A program made the translations under genes and the position numbers. A DNA stretch of 64,000 bases, taken from assembly GCA_026770705.1 (NCBI GenBank), contig JANJGN010000301.1, positions 372,001 to 436,000 of the forward strand, read 5' to 3'. Below are positions 26,011 to 40,752 of this stretch, in pieces (positions within the stretch are counted from its first letter, which is position 1; each line of letters starts with the position of its first letter). This stretch comes from Isurus oxyrinchus (taxonomy: Eukaryota). Under the pieces are notes generated by a model. The model was not told the DNA's origin. It saw only the letters and a program-made list of their open reading frames with translations, and did no database searches.

Positions 26011-26660
26011 TCCCAATGCAACATCGAGATATTTTTCGGCGTACTTAGAGTAATGAATAACTGGTAATTAAATTCAGAGTGACTGAGGGTGGAATATCAC
26101 ATGGACAACTTTAAGTGAACTCTTGTGGAAGGAGAGGGTCAGGGAGCCACGTAGAATTGAGTTCCAATGTGGAACATAAAAAATGCAATACATTTCATTA
26201 TTTCAATAAAATAGAAGCAGTCATTCATTTTCCCTATTCTTGTTGGCGGTGAGCATAAACTTTATTTCGGAAATATATTCCTGTCGTCCGCCACATACCC
26301 TTTGCAGCCTCTTGATAGCTTAAATTACAACATAACACTGCATTATGGGAAAGCTTGGAAACACTATACCTTCTCCTTGATTACGTCCGTTTGGGCCCTA
26401 GCGGTTCAGGGAGCGTCCCTTCTCAAACCATGATCTGTAACTCCGGAACCATTCCTGCTACAAGGATACTGAGTGCATCCCAGGTCAGGGCGCTCGAGTT
26501 ACTCTCCGCTCTCTCAAAACCTGCCGGTCTCGCCGCAACAGAGGGGACACAGGAAGTGAGGATTAAACATCCTGTGACACGACAACAGGTTACTGAGGAC
26601 TGGGATTAGATAGGGTGTCTTCAGATATCGAGCAGCCCTTTGACAGGGCGGACAACTACA

Positions 26661-27160
26661 ATGCGGCTACTCAGAATCTGGGCTGGGTGGGCAGCAATTC
26701 TGACAGGTAATCGTGAAGGGAATACATTTTGTCTTTTCTGTCATTTCCCAGGCATGGCTTCAATCAGATTTCAGTCAGCTGTCGGTCTTAACATTTCTGT
26801 TTTATTATTTTTTTTCCAGGCGGGACTCATGGAGATTCTGTCGCTCAGCCACTCTCAACAGATGTTAAGGCAGAAGGAGAAGAGCTGACTTTACACTGAA
26901 ACTATGAATCTACAAGGAGTACCTATACCTTATACTGGTACCCAAAACACCCAGATACACAGCCCCAGTTTGTAATGTTCAAGGATGCTAATAACAATGA
27001 AGAAAAGGCAGAATTTGCGAAAAGTCGTTTCTCTGTAGAGTTCCAGATCTCCACTAAATTCACCACTTTAACCATCTCGTGTCTGTAGTTGACAGACGCG
27101 GCCTCTATTACTGCGCTATCAAGACTCACATGAAAACTAGTCTCACCCCTGTAGAAAAAC
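26661..27160 (+). pseudogene. TCR V segment (family B) pseudogene
   Basis: Leader MRLLRIWAGWAAILT 26661-26706; V exon from 26820. First Cys codon is TGA, plus a later stop and frameshift; RSS degenerate. Confidence 0.88.
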
Positions 27161-29486
27161 TGCCTTTGCACTGTTAGTGGGAGCTCCTGCTTGTTAGTGT
27201 TTGTTTAGAATCGCGGGTACATGCAGCTACAATGCGCAACGGCTCTGTCAGCCGCTCAGATACACACACGGAGACGAAACCGCCTTCACCTCGGATGAAA
27301 CTGTCACCCAACTGTTCCCAGGAGCGGCCAAGAAAATCAAACAAACTGCAGAATCCTATCGATCAGACAGACATGGAAGGGAATCATATGTGACGACACC
27401 TTGTCCAATCCTCACTCGTTGTTCAATATCATCAGCTTTTTTTTTAGCGGCGGATTTGACCCCGAGATCACAACAGACAAAAACTGGCAGGTCTATTTAT
27501 TGCACAGTTACATTACTGCCGCCACCTTTGTCCAAATTCACAGGCGGGCGGCTTTGGAAATGTTTGTATTTATTTGCAGTCCGCCTTTTTATGCTAAATA
27601 TAAACCCGGAATATTGATGTGCCGGCAGAGGTGATTAAAGATCGCAGTTTGGAGTTACTATAGCTGACAAAGTCCCGGGAAAGAGACCCACACTGAGAAT
27701 TCCATTTAGTAGTCACAGCGGTAAAGAGGAACTGCACAATTTGATTCACCCTCCATGGTGAGAGTAACCGGGTCCTTGTTAACGAGACAACAGAACAAAG
27801 CGCTCAACGTAAACACATGAGGTGCATCAGCACAAATATATTACCAGACATTTTCTATTTCCGTGTCTATTGCAAATCATCTTCACAAATTCATCTGTGG
27901 CACCTGAGCTCATCTAATCTCCATGGATACCCTTTGCATGCCTGATGGTCTCATCTTCTCCCCCGACCCCACATTTTATCCACAATCCTATACATCCCCT
28001 CATTCTAGTCCTTTTTGTGGCTATGCGAACCATCTCTTTCTGATGTGAATACCAGTGAAGTGTCGTTACAGCAGAGCTTCCATAAAGAAAAACTGCAGAC
28101 AGGCGATTGAACACTCACATAATTTCTCACACACTGCCCACCTCATACATTGTTCCTGACAACAAGCTAGAGAGGGCAGTCGATATGCATGTTCCTTTGA
28201 TGGATCAGAACCTGGACGATAAATAAAATGTTATTTCTCCGACAATTGTCTCTAAATTAAGGACTTATACCTCAAATACATCGGACTACAGTCATCACTC
28301 GGATGCCTTCATCATACCGAAGGCATTCCGTCCAATATTAGGCAATAGGCAGGGAAGCTGAACTCCGGGTCTGGAAGATAGAGATAAATGTAAATGTTCT
28401 AAACAACGGTCACGCACTGATATCTGATATCACAGAATAACAGAAATGTTACAGTGTACAAGGAGCCATTCGTCCCATCGTGTCTGCACCGGCTCTCTGA
28501 GCTTTTTAACTTTGTGCCAATCTGCTGTCTTTTCCCCGTAACCCTGCACAGTGCTTGTATTTCAATGATCATCCAAAGCCCTCTTGAATGCTTCAGTTGG
28601 ACCTGCCTCCACCGCACTTCCAGGCAGTGCATTCCAAACCCCAACTGCTAGCTCTGTGAAAAAGGAATTTTCTCACCGCGCATCAGCTGTGTCTTTGCTG
28701 GAAGACAAGGTTAAAAAAGGAAAAATTATAAACTGACGCCGTTCTGCATTTGGTTTCTTTTCATGAATTACAATCCTTTGCTAATTAATGTGAAAGCTGC
28801 GAGGGCCGTCTTTCATGTCAAGATTTCGCTCCCGTCCTATTATCTAGAACCCGCCCTTTACCTCGACTAGTTTGGGGGGTTGGGGTGGGGGGGGGGGGGC
28901 GGGGTGTGCGTGGGGGTTGAACAAGCTCCACGAGCAATGCTCCCAGGAGCACTACGCAGATGTATGATGAATCACCGAAAATCGCCAATGCGGTTCCCCT
29001 TCGGTTCTGTCTCGATCCAGACTCAGAAATCATCCAACTATGGGAGCTTGAATGTGCAACTCCAGCACGAGAACTGATAAGATAGGATTTTAACAACCGG
29101 CTTCCTTCATTCCTTAAGGCAATCTTTGTACAGAATTTCAAATGTTTACAAAGATCCGGAGCCCAAGTTTTTCACTTTGGAGAATCAGTGCCGCAAAGTT
29201 ATTGCATTCTGCTCACTTCCCACCACAAGGAGTGAAGGGAATTCCTGGCGTTTTGACAAATGACATGATCTGATTGGAACCGTTGGAGAAAGGAGCAGGG
29301 GTCAAAAACAACATTCTTATGTCACGAGAACAGAGTATTTCGAACCAATCCAAGAGCAACAAAACCACATGACAGAAACATGATCTCTGACTGTTACGTT
29401 AACCGACTATTGACTTCGTTCAGTTGCTCCGTGCTCTGCTAATGTGAGCTCTGTTTCCTTTTCTTACTGACACTTCAATTGCAAGG

Positions 29487-29928
29487 ATGCATTTCGCGGT
29501 ACAAATGAATCTACTCCCCATCATTCTGGTGTTACTAACTTGTAAGTGTAAGGGATATATTCAGTAAGCTGTAGAGAGTGTCTATTTATACACATGTTGC
29601 TTCAATGTTCGCTGTCTGAATGTTTTTACAGGTCAATGTCGCTCAGAATAGGTGTCCCAGTTTCCCACTGCGAAAACAGTCCAGAGCGGGGATTCGGTGC
29701 TGATAAACTGTACCCATGACATGTCCAGCTTTAACGGAATGTACTGGTACAAACAGAAATCCGGTCAGGGACTGAAGTGGAAAATAGGCAGATTCTCGGC
29801 TGGCAAAGGGATGAATGACCGGTTCGATTTGGAACTTTCCACTGAGGACAAACGGGACCAAATGGTTATTGAGAAGACGGAGAGCGCGGATACCGCTGTG
29901 TATTACTGTCCCATAAAGCCCCACACTG
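29487..29928 (+). pseudogene. TCR V segment (family C) pseudogene
   Basis: Leader MHFAVQMNLLPIILVLLT 29487-29541; exon from 29632 with TAG at 29649; ...MYWYKQKSGQGLKW...DTAVYYCPIKP. Heptamer CACACTG 29922-29928 but no nonamer at 23 bp. Confidence 0.88.
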
Positions 29929-30699
29929 AGAGGAAAGGCTGTACAGCTGATCCATCCAATGGCAAGAACATACCAAGTGGAAGCAATACTTCTAAGAACA
30001 AAATTGGGTCAGAGGAGAGGAACAAACGGAAGCTGTGGCCGGGGATGCAGCAGATTGAAAACTGATAAAGATGCACGGCGGTGATCAACACAGCCGGAAA
30101 TGATGGAGCGGAAATAGCGACGGCTGAAACTCCAGAACCTGCGAACATCCTGCACCTGTTCACTTATCTGAGAATAAATCATGCGTGAGCAGACTCACAG
30201 AAACGTACGAAATTGAATGAGGACTCCGCTTACCGTATCTGTGTCTATTTGAAAGAGCCATCCCAATCGCCTTTCACACCTCACGTTTTCCACCGTATTT
30301 TCTCTTTTCAACTTATAACAATTCCGTATTGAAATTTACGATTGAATCTTCTTCCCCATCATTTCAAGGGTGGTGTTTCAGATGGTAACACATGCAATGT
30401 AATAAATAAAACAGATATTTCGCTCTCTTTTGTTTTCATGAAATCGAATGATTTGGTGACTGAGTCATCCCATAATGGAAGCAATTGCGACCTAACCTGC
30501 GGTTAAACACGGGAAGGCAAGGAGGTGAGTAAGCTGTACTGGAACTAATTCGACATGGGGACTGGGAAGACAATTAGCACATGGGCCTGAGAAGCAAGCC
30601 GATTCTGCAAAAAAGCAGTTGATCATCCCGGTAATTAAATGGAATGAAAATATTTTTTATTATTTATAATTATATAACATACAGATTAACAGTCTGTAC

Positions 30700-31050
30700 A
30701 AAAAAATAAATGACAACATGGAAAGGATCTTTCCACTTGTAAGCGAATCTAGAACTAGGGGTCAATGTTTTAAAATAAGGGGTCTCCCATTTAAAACAAA
30801 GATGAAAAGTTTTTTCTCTCAGAAAGTAGTGAGTCTTTGGATCTCCCTTCCTCAAAGGTCAGGAGAAGCAGAGTCTTTGAATGTATTCAAGGCAGAGGTA
30901 GATCGGCTTTTGATGAACAAGGGAGTGAAACGTAACAGGTGGTAGGTGGGAGTTTACAGTCAGATCAGCCATGACCTTATTTAACGGTGGAGCAGGCCTG
31001 AAGGGCCGACATGCCGACTGCAGCTCCTATTTCCCATGATTGTATATAAT
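30700..31050 (+). mobile_element. CR1 3' fragment
   Basis: SRTRGQCFKIRG...FFSQKVVSLWISLP. Confidence 0.75.
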
Positions 31051-32489
31051 TGGCATCCTGAAGTTTGATTGACATCGTTATTTGATGATTAGGGTGCACG
31101 CAAACCTTACTTTCTTCAGAAATGAGCAATCACAACCTTATCAGTTCCAGATTTATAAATTTATGAGCAGGAAAGTAATCTATTTACGCAAATGAACACA
31201 TCCTGTCTTAATGATATAGGCACGTCAGAAAGCAGGCAATTAATCTAGGAACGAATATTAATTAGTAAAGGTAGCAGGTGCAAAACAATGAAAAGAGAGA
31301 AGTTGCAGTAATAATAAAACCAAAGCCATAAACTACATAATAATGTGGCAGAATAACAATGCAGCAATATCGTGAAGCAATATTCGAGAATACATTGAAA
31401 GCCGTTGTTTTACGCTCAAGGTTCCGCTAGATGGCGCTCCATAACCTTATCTTTGGGGAAATTTTACCAAGCCGTCAGATCACAGCTCTGACAGGTGACA
31501 CTGGGGATTACAGGAAATATTCTGGCACCGTGGCACATTACTGTAAACAATAATGTGTATAGAGCAAGAATCTATAGGTGACTTACACAAGAGATTTAGA
31601 GACTGAGCCCTATAAATCATTGTATTCCATGGTCCAATGTCACAGCGTAGTCCGAAGTAAAAGGTTATCACACTGAGAGAGAGACACACACAAAGAGAGA
31701 GAGAGAGATAGACATATGGGGAGAGACAGAGAGAGGCCAATCCACCTTTTCGTACCCAAATGTTTTGGTTACTGGTGGACGCAACTTCAAAGTATCTGGA
31801 AAGTACCTGGACACCCAAATCCACGACAAGGGTCAGGGTGACAATCCTTCCTGACAGAGAATTAAACATTCGCACTGTCACCTGTGTAAATAATATTACT
31901 AACATCACAACATCGACTACATTGGAAACATGCTCCCTTGGGTTGGAAAGTGCTTACTGGCATCCGGAGTCTGTGAAAGGCGATTTCTCTTTCAGAGTGA
32001 GATTTGATTCCAGGGGTAAAATTTCATGGCCCCCTGTTTCCAGGGGGAGCGGTATTTTTTTTTCCTTCTCTTTTTTTCAATCCTTTTTCCCTGATTCTGT
32101 TGATGACGTCGTGGGATTACCTGCATTCTGTCTCCAGTCTGTTCACAGATAATGTCCGCTCAACCGGACATCCGTAATCTGTCGGAAACAACAATCTGGG
32201 AATTTACTGAGGAGCCCCTGGCTTCCTGATCAGGGAGGGCCAGTGATAGGGGCTCCGAGAGGCCACTCCGCGCCTATGTCAGTCATCAGCCTGATCACCA
32301 CTATGAAATATTTGTACTCATTTACCTGAGGGTATATATTTTTACTGTGTAGTCATTTGCAGAATGGTGCACAAGCATAACAACATAAGGCCATTCTGCA
32401 ATTACTTCTTGTCAGTTATTCGCCCAATCCCCTCTGAAGAAGGCTTTTCAGGATTCTGCCCCTCTCTAGAGAACTGACACCCAGGATCT

Positions 32490-33700
32490 ATACTGATACT
32501 TCAGCTTAGTCCTCAGGGGATGGTGCACCATCAGAGGTGCCAGCTTTCGGTTGAGATGTTAAACCAAGAACACTGGCAACTTGGACATGATGGATCACAT
32601 GAGCACTATTTTGAAGGAGAGAAGGGGAATTGGCCTGGACAATATTTCTCCACCAATCACTGTCGTTGAAATGGCTGTGGTTGTTGAAGGTCAACTATCT
32701 GAGTTCCTTGGCGTCACTGCAGGAGCTCCTCAGCGTAGTGTCCTAGGCCAAAACATCTTCAGTTGTTTCATCAATGATCTTCCTTTCATTATAAGATCAG
32801 AAGTGGGGATATTTTGTGGATAATTGCACAATGTTCAGCAAAATTCACGACTCCTCAGGTACTGAAGCAGTCCATGTCCATATGCAACAGGATCTGGACC
32901 ACACCTAGGCTTGGGCTGAAAAGGGGCAAATAACATTCACGCCACACAAGTACCAAGCAATGACCATCTCCAACAAGAGGAAATCTAACCATATTCCGTT
33001 GATTTTCACTGTCATTACCACCACTGAATCCCCCACTATCAACAATCTTGGGGTGGCCATTGACAAGAAACTGAATTGGTCTAGGCAAATAAATACTGTG
33101 GCTACAAGAGCAGGGCAGATGTTTGGAATCCTCTGGCGAATGGCTCATCTCCTTTCTCCCCCAACCTGTCTACCATCTGCAAGGCACAAGTAAGGAGCTG
33201 GATGGAACATTCTGCAGTTGCCTGGATGAGAGCAACTCCCACAACACCCAAGAAGTTCGACACCATCCAAGACAAAGCAGCCCACTTGATTGGCACCGCA
33301 TCCACAAGCATTCACTCCCTGCACCACCGACGCGCAGTATCAGCAGTGTGTACCATCTACAAGATGCACTGCAGGAATTCACCAAGGCTCCTTAAGCAGT
33401 TCCTTCCAAACCCACGGCCACTGTGACCTAGAAGGGCAAGGGCAGCAGATATGTGGGATCGCCACCTACAAATTTCCCTTCAAGCCGCTCACCACCCTCA
33501 CCTTGACATATATAGCAGTCCCTTCACTGTCTCTGGGTCAAAATCCTGGAACTCCTTCCCTAACAACACTGTGAGTGTAGCTACACCACATGGATTGCAG
33601 CGGCTCAGGCAGGGGAATCACTATTACCATCTCAAGGGCAATAAGGAATGGACAATAAATACTCCTGCGCCAGCGGTGCCCATATCCCATGAATGAATTA
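32490..33700 (+). mobile_element. SINE remnant followed by LINE RT/3' portion (L2/CR1 group)
   Basis: GAPQRSVLGQNIFSCFINDLP...FCG*; DTIQDKAAHLIG...HSLHHRRAV. Tail ...catgaatgaattaaaa. Confidence 0.8.
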
Positions 33701-34017
33701 AAAAGAACAGGCAGTCCATTAATTATTACAGATTGGAAGATCATGCGGGGGTCAAACTGGCTGCTCCATTTCTTACATTACATTATAACAGTGATGGTGA
33801 AACACGTTGGACATCATGAGAGACGTTATAGAAGTATTCTACTTTCATTCGCTAAACTTCCCCTCTTTGAATAGCTCAGTTAAACACTTATCAAGCATAA
33901 AGGATGATAAAATAAATAATATTAAAATTAAACATGTGTGATATCACCACTTTCAGGGATCATTTCAGACTCATCACTGATCACAATGATTACTAAGACG
34001 TTGCTATGTTGAGCAAC

Positions 34018-34941
34018 AGTTTTTGTACAGGTTCACCCCAGCTCAGAGTCTCTGTGGGCCTCAGTGGGCAGTGATACACCGCAGAGTCTCTCAGTTCTGT
34101 TTTAGAAACGTTCAGTGGGACGGTGCTATTCATATAATCATAATCCATTGAAAAACGGTCCCCTGGGAGCCGTTCTGTGTTCTTGCTGTATCTATGCGTC
34201 TGCTGCAGATACTCCATGGATCCGCTAGGATGCTGACGGTACCAGAATATCTCAGGGTTGCTGCTTGTCGTTGTATAATTACAATACAACTGTACACTGT
34301 CTCCTTCGCTCAATGTGAATGCAGCCTGTGTCTGTGAAACAGAGTCTCCTCCACAATGTCTGTAAGAATCCAGGGTGATATTAAATTACACAATGTCACT
34401 TCACAGTGTCTATCCCCCCAGAAACGGCCCATCAACCCCAAAAGTTACGTGAGAAATAAATCAGGGCAGCGAAATAGAAATTCTTTTCCCTCAGCTCAGG
34501 GGTTGTAACTGGAAGGTGCTTTGATCGATTGAGTGAAACTACCATTCATCAATATTCAGCACCTTCTATCAGAATCGTATCCTCGCCTCGATTTCCTGTC
34601 ATTTCAGGGGAAAACTACAAACTGTGATTTGAAAAAAAGCACTTGCGACGCTCAGAATCCCTGATAGGCATCAGTGGAGCTCTGAATCCGAGTCCATTTC
34701 TTTGGTCCTCATTCTAGCGGAGAATTTCGCCGAATTCCCATAGTTTTGAGTATTGAGAAGAAGTTGATCTGGATGAACTTTCTAATTTGGGATCAATTTA
34801 TTGCTCGCCTTGTATTGAGCGAAATGCCACATTAAAGGTAATGCGTGGCAAAGTTGTCAAACACTGATCTGTACAATTTGTGAACCTACCAGTTAAAAGA
34901 GCTGCAGCTGTGAGGAATAAATACAAAGTAACAGGAGACAT
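34018..34941 (-). pseudogene. TCR V segment (family D); leader 34941-34890, V exon 34359-34057; probable 1-bp splice-phase defect
   Basis: Leader MSPVTLYLFLTAAALLT|gtaggt; V HCGGDSVSQTQAAFTLSEGDSVQLYC...IFWYRQHPSG...DSAVYHCPLR is open. RSS CACAGAG + 23 + ACAAAAACT. The acceptor ttacag|ac joins out of frame by one base. Confidence 0.85.
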
Positions 34942-34986
34942 GTTTGCAGTGTGCTTGCGGCGGATTTAACCAGAACGGGTTGAAGT

Positions 34987-35260
34987 TGATAAAAGCAGGC
35001 TACTGCGGATGCTGGAAATCTGAAAAAAAAGTGCTGGAAAAACTCAGCAGGTCTGACAGCATCTGTGGAGAGAAATACAGAGTTTTCTAATCTGTGTGCC
35101 TCTTCTTCAGAGCTAAAGAGAAGTAAACGTGTGATGGCAAGTATACTGTTTAAGGGGTTGGAGCAGGCGAAGCTGGATGGAAGGTCAGCGATAGGTCGAG
35201 ACAAAGGAGAGATTGAAGATGATCTTGTCGCATTCAAGAATTGGGAGGAGGTTGAGTAAC
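34987..35260 (+). mobile_element. Penelope-like repeat inserted about 45 bp upstream of the family D leader
   Basis: Same terminal sequence as 8007-8500 and 37625-38300. Confidence 0.55.
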
Positions 35261-35599
35261 ATCCGGGTCTCTGCCGATTGGTTCGTTGCTGACAGCGTCA
35301 TCAGGTGATAGCCAATCAGCTGAAAACCCCTTTGTCTTCAATGCAGCCAATCAGCTCACCGGTCATTTGACCTTTATTTTATGCTATCGGCACGGCGAGA
35401 AAGTGAATTTGTTCAACTCGTAACAGACAACTGTACGAAGATTAAACCCAAGCTTGGCTCATTCTCAGGTTAAATCTGAAAGGCGAAGGCAGAAACGGAA
35501 AACAGTTAATTTTGTTCGAGTATCAGAGCAGGAGCCCCATTAAACAGAACAACCTGCAGCCGAGACAGTGGGTCGTAAGAAATTTTTAAAATAACAGCG

Positions 35600-36850
35600 C
35601 GGTAAAAAGAATGTTTAGGCTTGTGGAGGAGACTAGAACGAGGGGACACAGATTGCGAATAAAATCTTTAATTTTTAGGGCTGGGACGAGGAGATTTTTC
35701 TCTCAGGGAGCTGTTCTGAAATAGAATTCTCTTCCCCAGAAAGCAGTGGAAGGAAGGTCATTGAATTCATTCAAGGCAGCGTTAGATAGGTTTTTGATAC
35801 ATACGAGGGAGTCAAGGGTTATTGGGAGCAGACAGGAAAGTGGAGCTGAGACCAGAACCAGATTAGCCACGATCTTATTGAACAGCGGGGCGAACTCTAA
35901 AGGCTGAATAGTCTACAACTGCCCCCACGTATTCTGCACATAATTTCCTACAAAAGCCACATTTTAAATGAATGAAATGGTGGAGGGAACGGGATTGGCT
36001 CTTTTCTCATTTTAAACCGAATGGGAGAGTACAGACACCACACCGGCTCAGTAATTTTGCATGAGGTGAACATTAGAAATATTCAAAGCATACGCATGTT
36101 AAAAATAACAGTGTCCACTGTAATCTATTAGTTAAGCAACAGAATTACAGACGTTCATTGTAAATTGACATCAGCATTTTAAATTATTTGATTAAATAAT
36201 TTCGCCACACCTGCTTCGGCAGCAACTTCCAAACCAGCAACCTCTTGTACGGGAAAGGACAAGGGCGAAAGCACATGAGGAAGCCACAGCATGCATGACT
36301 CCATCCTACCCACTCACCATCCTGACCTGGAAATATATCATCGCTCCTTCACGTTCGCTGGGGCAGAATTCTGGAACTCCCTCCTTAGCAACAGTGTGGG
36401 TGTAAAGAAAACATATTGAATGCTTCCCTTTATTGGGTGCGGTACAGTATACAAAAGCAGGGATGTAATGCGGGAGCTGTATAAAAGCCTGGTTAGGCCA
36501 CTGCTGGAATTTTGTGTACATGTCTAGTCACTACGTTACAGGAAGGAGCGATAAATTACCAAGCGGGCATAGATTTAAGGTGGCTGGTAGAAGGATTTGA
36601 GCGAAAATGAGGATAAACATTTTCACCCGAAGGGCGTTGAACATGTAGAATTCGCAGCCTAAAATCATGGTTGAGGATGCAACACTCAGCTCTGCACCTG
36701 AAGTACTGTAACCTGCAACGCTCCGGACCAGGTGCTGGAAAGTGGGATTAAAAATGAGCCGCTAGCTTCGTTTCGTTTCTTTCTCTTTTTTTGGTGGCGC
36801 AGATGCGATGGGCTGAATGGCCTCTTTTTGCACCGCAACTTTGCTCTGGT
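35600..36850 (+). mobile_element. Cluster of CR1 and other LINE 3' fragments
   Basis: CR1 tail motifs (actagaacgaggggacac...; YKSLVRPLLEFCV). Confidence 0.6.
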
Positions 36851-37624
36851 TCTACGGTTCTAAAAACCTCCCTCCTGTTTACAGTCCTGGAGAGACTGCA
36901 GCATTCTCTTCAATAACATAGGGCAGGCAAGGCGGGTCAGAGCGGGAGCAGAAAACGGAGTCTGTGAGCGGGGCTTCCGCGGGAAATTGCAATGCAAAGT
37001 TTCTCTCTATAATCCACATTTGAAGCGAGTTTCATCAGAGATATGGATAGTCACGGCATTAAGTATCAGGCTGACAGAAACGTTAGTTAGTGAATGCAAA
37101 CGCTGGTGTGAGGAAACCTGCAATACTACCAATTCGGGGGACGTATTCAGATTCACTTTACTATGTGTTGGCCTATATCATTTGTGGTGACTCATTGAGT
37201 GCGTTAACATAATTTTACTGTAACGTTCGTGTTTACACTGAAGCATATACTTTACGATATATTCCCTCTGGTCCTTAATTCGAACGAAATGGCGATCTAA
37301 CAATTTAATCATGTGATAATGCCAAAACACATTTCAGAGGAATTTCCAGAGAAAGGCCAGTTGAGACCATCCCCTTGTGTATCGCGGCATTGGGTTATTT
37401 TGTAACCTTGATATAATCTCTTACAATCATCAACCAATTGTGTTGACAGTTACTGGGAGGAGACTTTGAGACCCACACCAAATATCTGCCAAAGCCTTGA
37501 GAATAATGACTGACTGAAGCTAACTGAAATACTGAGACTAGAACTAGAAATTAATCGCATGGGGTGGGAAATGTTGCTTGGTGATTTGCGAGAAACTCCT
37601 CAGAAGGGTTACAATTCATGACTT

Positions 37625-38300
37625 AAAAATATTAAATGCTGGAAAATCTCAGCAGGTCTGACAGCATCCGTGGAGAGACAAACAGAGTTAACATTTTAAG
37701 TCCGTATGATTCTTCTTCAGAGCTACAGAGAAGTAGAAGTGTGATGAAAGTTATGCCTTTTAAGAAGGGTAGAGCAAGCGAAGCTGGTTAGAAGGCCAGC
37801 GATAGGTATGGGCTAAGGAAAGATTGACAAATATGTCATGAACAAAGATACAAAGGAAGTGTTAATGGTGGTGGTAAGGGCTAAAGGATGATCAGCACGA
37901 TAGTGGTATAAAGGTAAGAAAACAGAATGTGATAATAGCAGAACAATGCTAGGCACTCTGAAAAGAACAACATGAACGGGTAACAGAGGACCCTGTGGGG
38001 GTAGGGTGGGGGTAGGGGGAAGGGGTGGGGAACAAGAATGGAAAGAGGGAAAATGAGGAGAAAAGGGGATAAAACAATGAATATGTGAATAAAAATGAAA
38101 ATAAGTAGAAAGAAATAAAAATAAATAAGGCCACAAAAGGTGAAAATAGAGGAGCGAATTCGTGGTCAGGAGTTGTTGAATGCAATGTTAGGCGGGCAAG
38201 GCTGTTAAGTGCCTAATCGGAAGATGGTGTCCTGGTCCTTCAGTTTGCGTTGGGCTTCACTGGAAAATTGCAGCAGGCCAAGGACGGACATGTGGGCATG
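37625..38300 (+). mobile_element. Penelope-like repeat fragment
   Basis: Homologous to 8007-8500 and 34987-35260. Confidence 0.55.
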
Positions 38301-40239
38301 CCGTTAGAATTCGTGAGACTGGTAGAGAAGTGAACGATGAGTAACTGCCAAAATAGACGATTAGAGGGGTGCTGCGCTTTTTAATAGATTTTAAAAGTTT
38401 ATAGATTTAGGGAAATCTAGAAGGTCATTGCACCGAGTCTGGAGGGAGTAGAGAGAAGATGTGACCACTGCGCCCTCTAGCGATAGTGATGAGAACATCA
38501 CCGCTGCTGGGCGCCGGAAGAAAACAGATAATAATTTCATCTATGGGGCAATTTACAATGACCATTTACTGACAGATGGGTTCTGTGGTGATGCTGATGG
38601 CGACTGTTGAGCCTTGTATATCAACATAATAATCGACAGACACATTTATCAGATAAATTGGAGCGTGGAAACTTACAGCTTCCACTCACAATTTTAATCC
38701 TTCCTGTGATGTCGAATAAGCATCATCAATCCACAATTCGCATTCAACAAGTTCATCTCCTTCTTCCGATATCTCCCGATTTCTACTGATTCCTGTCTTT
38801 GGTTAGATATTTATGGGCTTAATCTGATAGAAACTACCTCTGTACAGCGAATTAGTAGGATAGGCTGCAGTAAAGCTTTTATATGGTTAAATTAAAGACT
38901 GTTAGAGGACGCTTACATAGATATCGGTATAAATTGGAGATGGGACAGATAGGAAAAGGTATTGGAAGACTAAATCTGAGTTAATGCTCCACAAATACAT
39001 CTGTGAAACTTATTTTATTATAAGCACGAGCTGAAATGACAAATTAATGCAGTTAAAATTAATGTAACTTGTGCTTGGAGCCGTTCTCGAGAAGTAAAAG
39101 GAACATGTCCAGACCTGTCCAGAGCATGCAGAGCCGATAGTTTCCCGTTGCCCTCGCCATAGCAACTCCTTGGCCAATCAGAGTCAACTAGCCAAACAGT
39201 CCGCAGCCCTTTCTCCTGTGGGAGATATTGTTGTGATAGTATGGAAATTGTCATTGCTGCGTTTCCCCTAATGAGCGTAAGATGAAAACCTACGGCATTG
39301 TGCTTCCCTTCTCAGCAGCATTCAAGTTCTGTGTCCCCAAAGGCATGATTGAATAACGCTGTTCTGTGAGATCAGGTCAAAGAATGCATTTTAAAACCAG
39401 CCACCAGATAGCAGTGAGAGATCACAATTTCACACTTTAGCGACCCGTGTATCCACCAACACAGGCTGAAACTTGCTTAATATCAATTATGGCGAAATTG
39501 CTTTGAACCCATCTCGATCCCCATTAATGTCATACGCTCCCAAATTTGTATTATATCACACGTGAGCTCTGTGTAAATAAGCTGTGCACAACCTGCAGGT
39601 TTTTTCTCTGACCCAAAGCTAGTTTCAACCCTTGTATTCAACATAATCCATTGATGCAGTTGAATAATATAATAATTCTTCAATCCCTATCGCTGTCCTG
39701 CTTGCCCCAGCAGGCAGACAATTCCAAAGTAACGTGACCTTTGCAAACATGCAGACTTATACAGCATTCAAATGAGGTATTCTTACTGAATTCAGTCCCT
39801 TACAAATTGAACATTCCTATGACTACTCTTCCCACGGTGTCCCCGTTGCTTCTGTCCGCCGGACCCGCATCGCTTGCCCTGTTTTATTGCAGAAATTTCC
39901 GCACGCCTGCTTTCTTAGGTTCAGCCTTGAGGAGCAGTGTACTATGGCGCTGATCTGTATTCCTGCTTCCCAAAGAGAATTCCCTGTGCCGGTGACCCTG
40001 ACTGTATCATACGGAACAGTTTGATAAAGCTTCTCATCAATATATTACTTCCCAGTAACAACCGCTCATTCCCTTCACAGCAAAAATGTATTTTCCCCTG
40101 CCCAGGTTTTATTACAGGTAAAACGATGATGATGTTGCTTCAGAACCTGAAATGATAGTCACGATAATAATGATAAGTAATCTCCATACAGTCATAGAAT
40201 CCCAGCATAGTTACAACACAGAATGAGGCCATTCGCCTC

Positions 40240-40752
40240 TGCATTTTGATAGGAAAAACATGGAGAGGCAATATAAAATAAAGGATATCATTCAAAAATG
40301 TGTTCAGGAACAGAGGGGACTAGGCATATATGTGTATAGATTATTGAAGGTTGGAGGGCAGGTAGAGAGATCAGGTAATAAAGCACACAGTTTCCTGGGC
40401 TTTATTAATAGGGGCATAGAGCGCAAGAGCAAGGAGGTTATGCTGAGCTTTAATAAGGCACTAATTAGACCTCATCTGGAATATGGGGCATAGTTCTGGA
40501 GGCCACACTATAAGAAGGATGTGAACGCATTGGAGACAGTGCAGAAGAGGTTTAGAAGAATGGTTCCAGGGATGAGAAAAGGTAGCATTGAAGATAGATT
40601 GCCGAAATTGGGACTGTTCTCATTAAAGAGGAGAAAGCCAAGAGGAGATTTGAAAGAGGTGTTCAGAATGTTGAGGGGGCTGGACAGAGTAGATAAGGAG
40701 AAAGTGTTCCCATCCGTAAAAGGATCAAGGGCGAGAGGGCACAGATTAAAAA
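40240..40752 (+). mobile_element. CR1 RT 3' fragment
   Basis: LGFINRGIERKSKEVML...LIRPHLEYG; ALETVQKRFRRMVPG...RARGHRLK. Confidence 0.85.

Noticed and set aside
31480-32200. Possible Ig-like remnant on the minus strand (GRIVTLT, TDSG)
   Set aside because: Only scattered short motifs, with no conserved Cys/Trp spacing or RSS.
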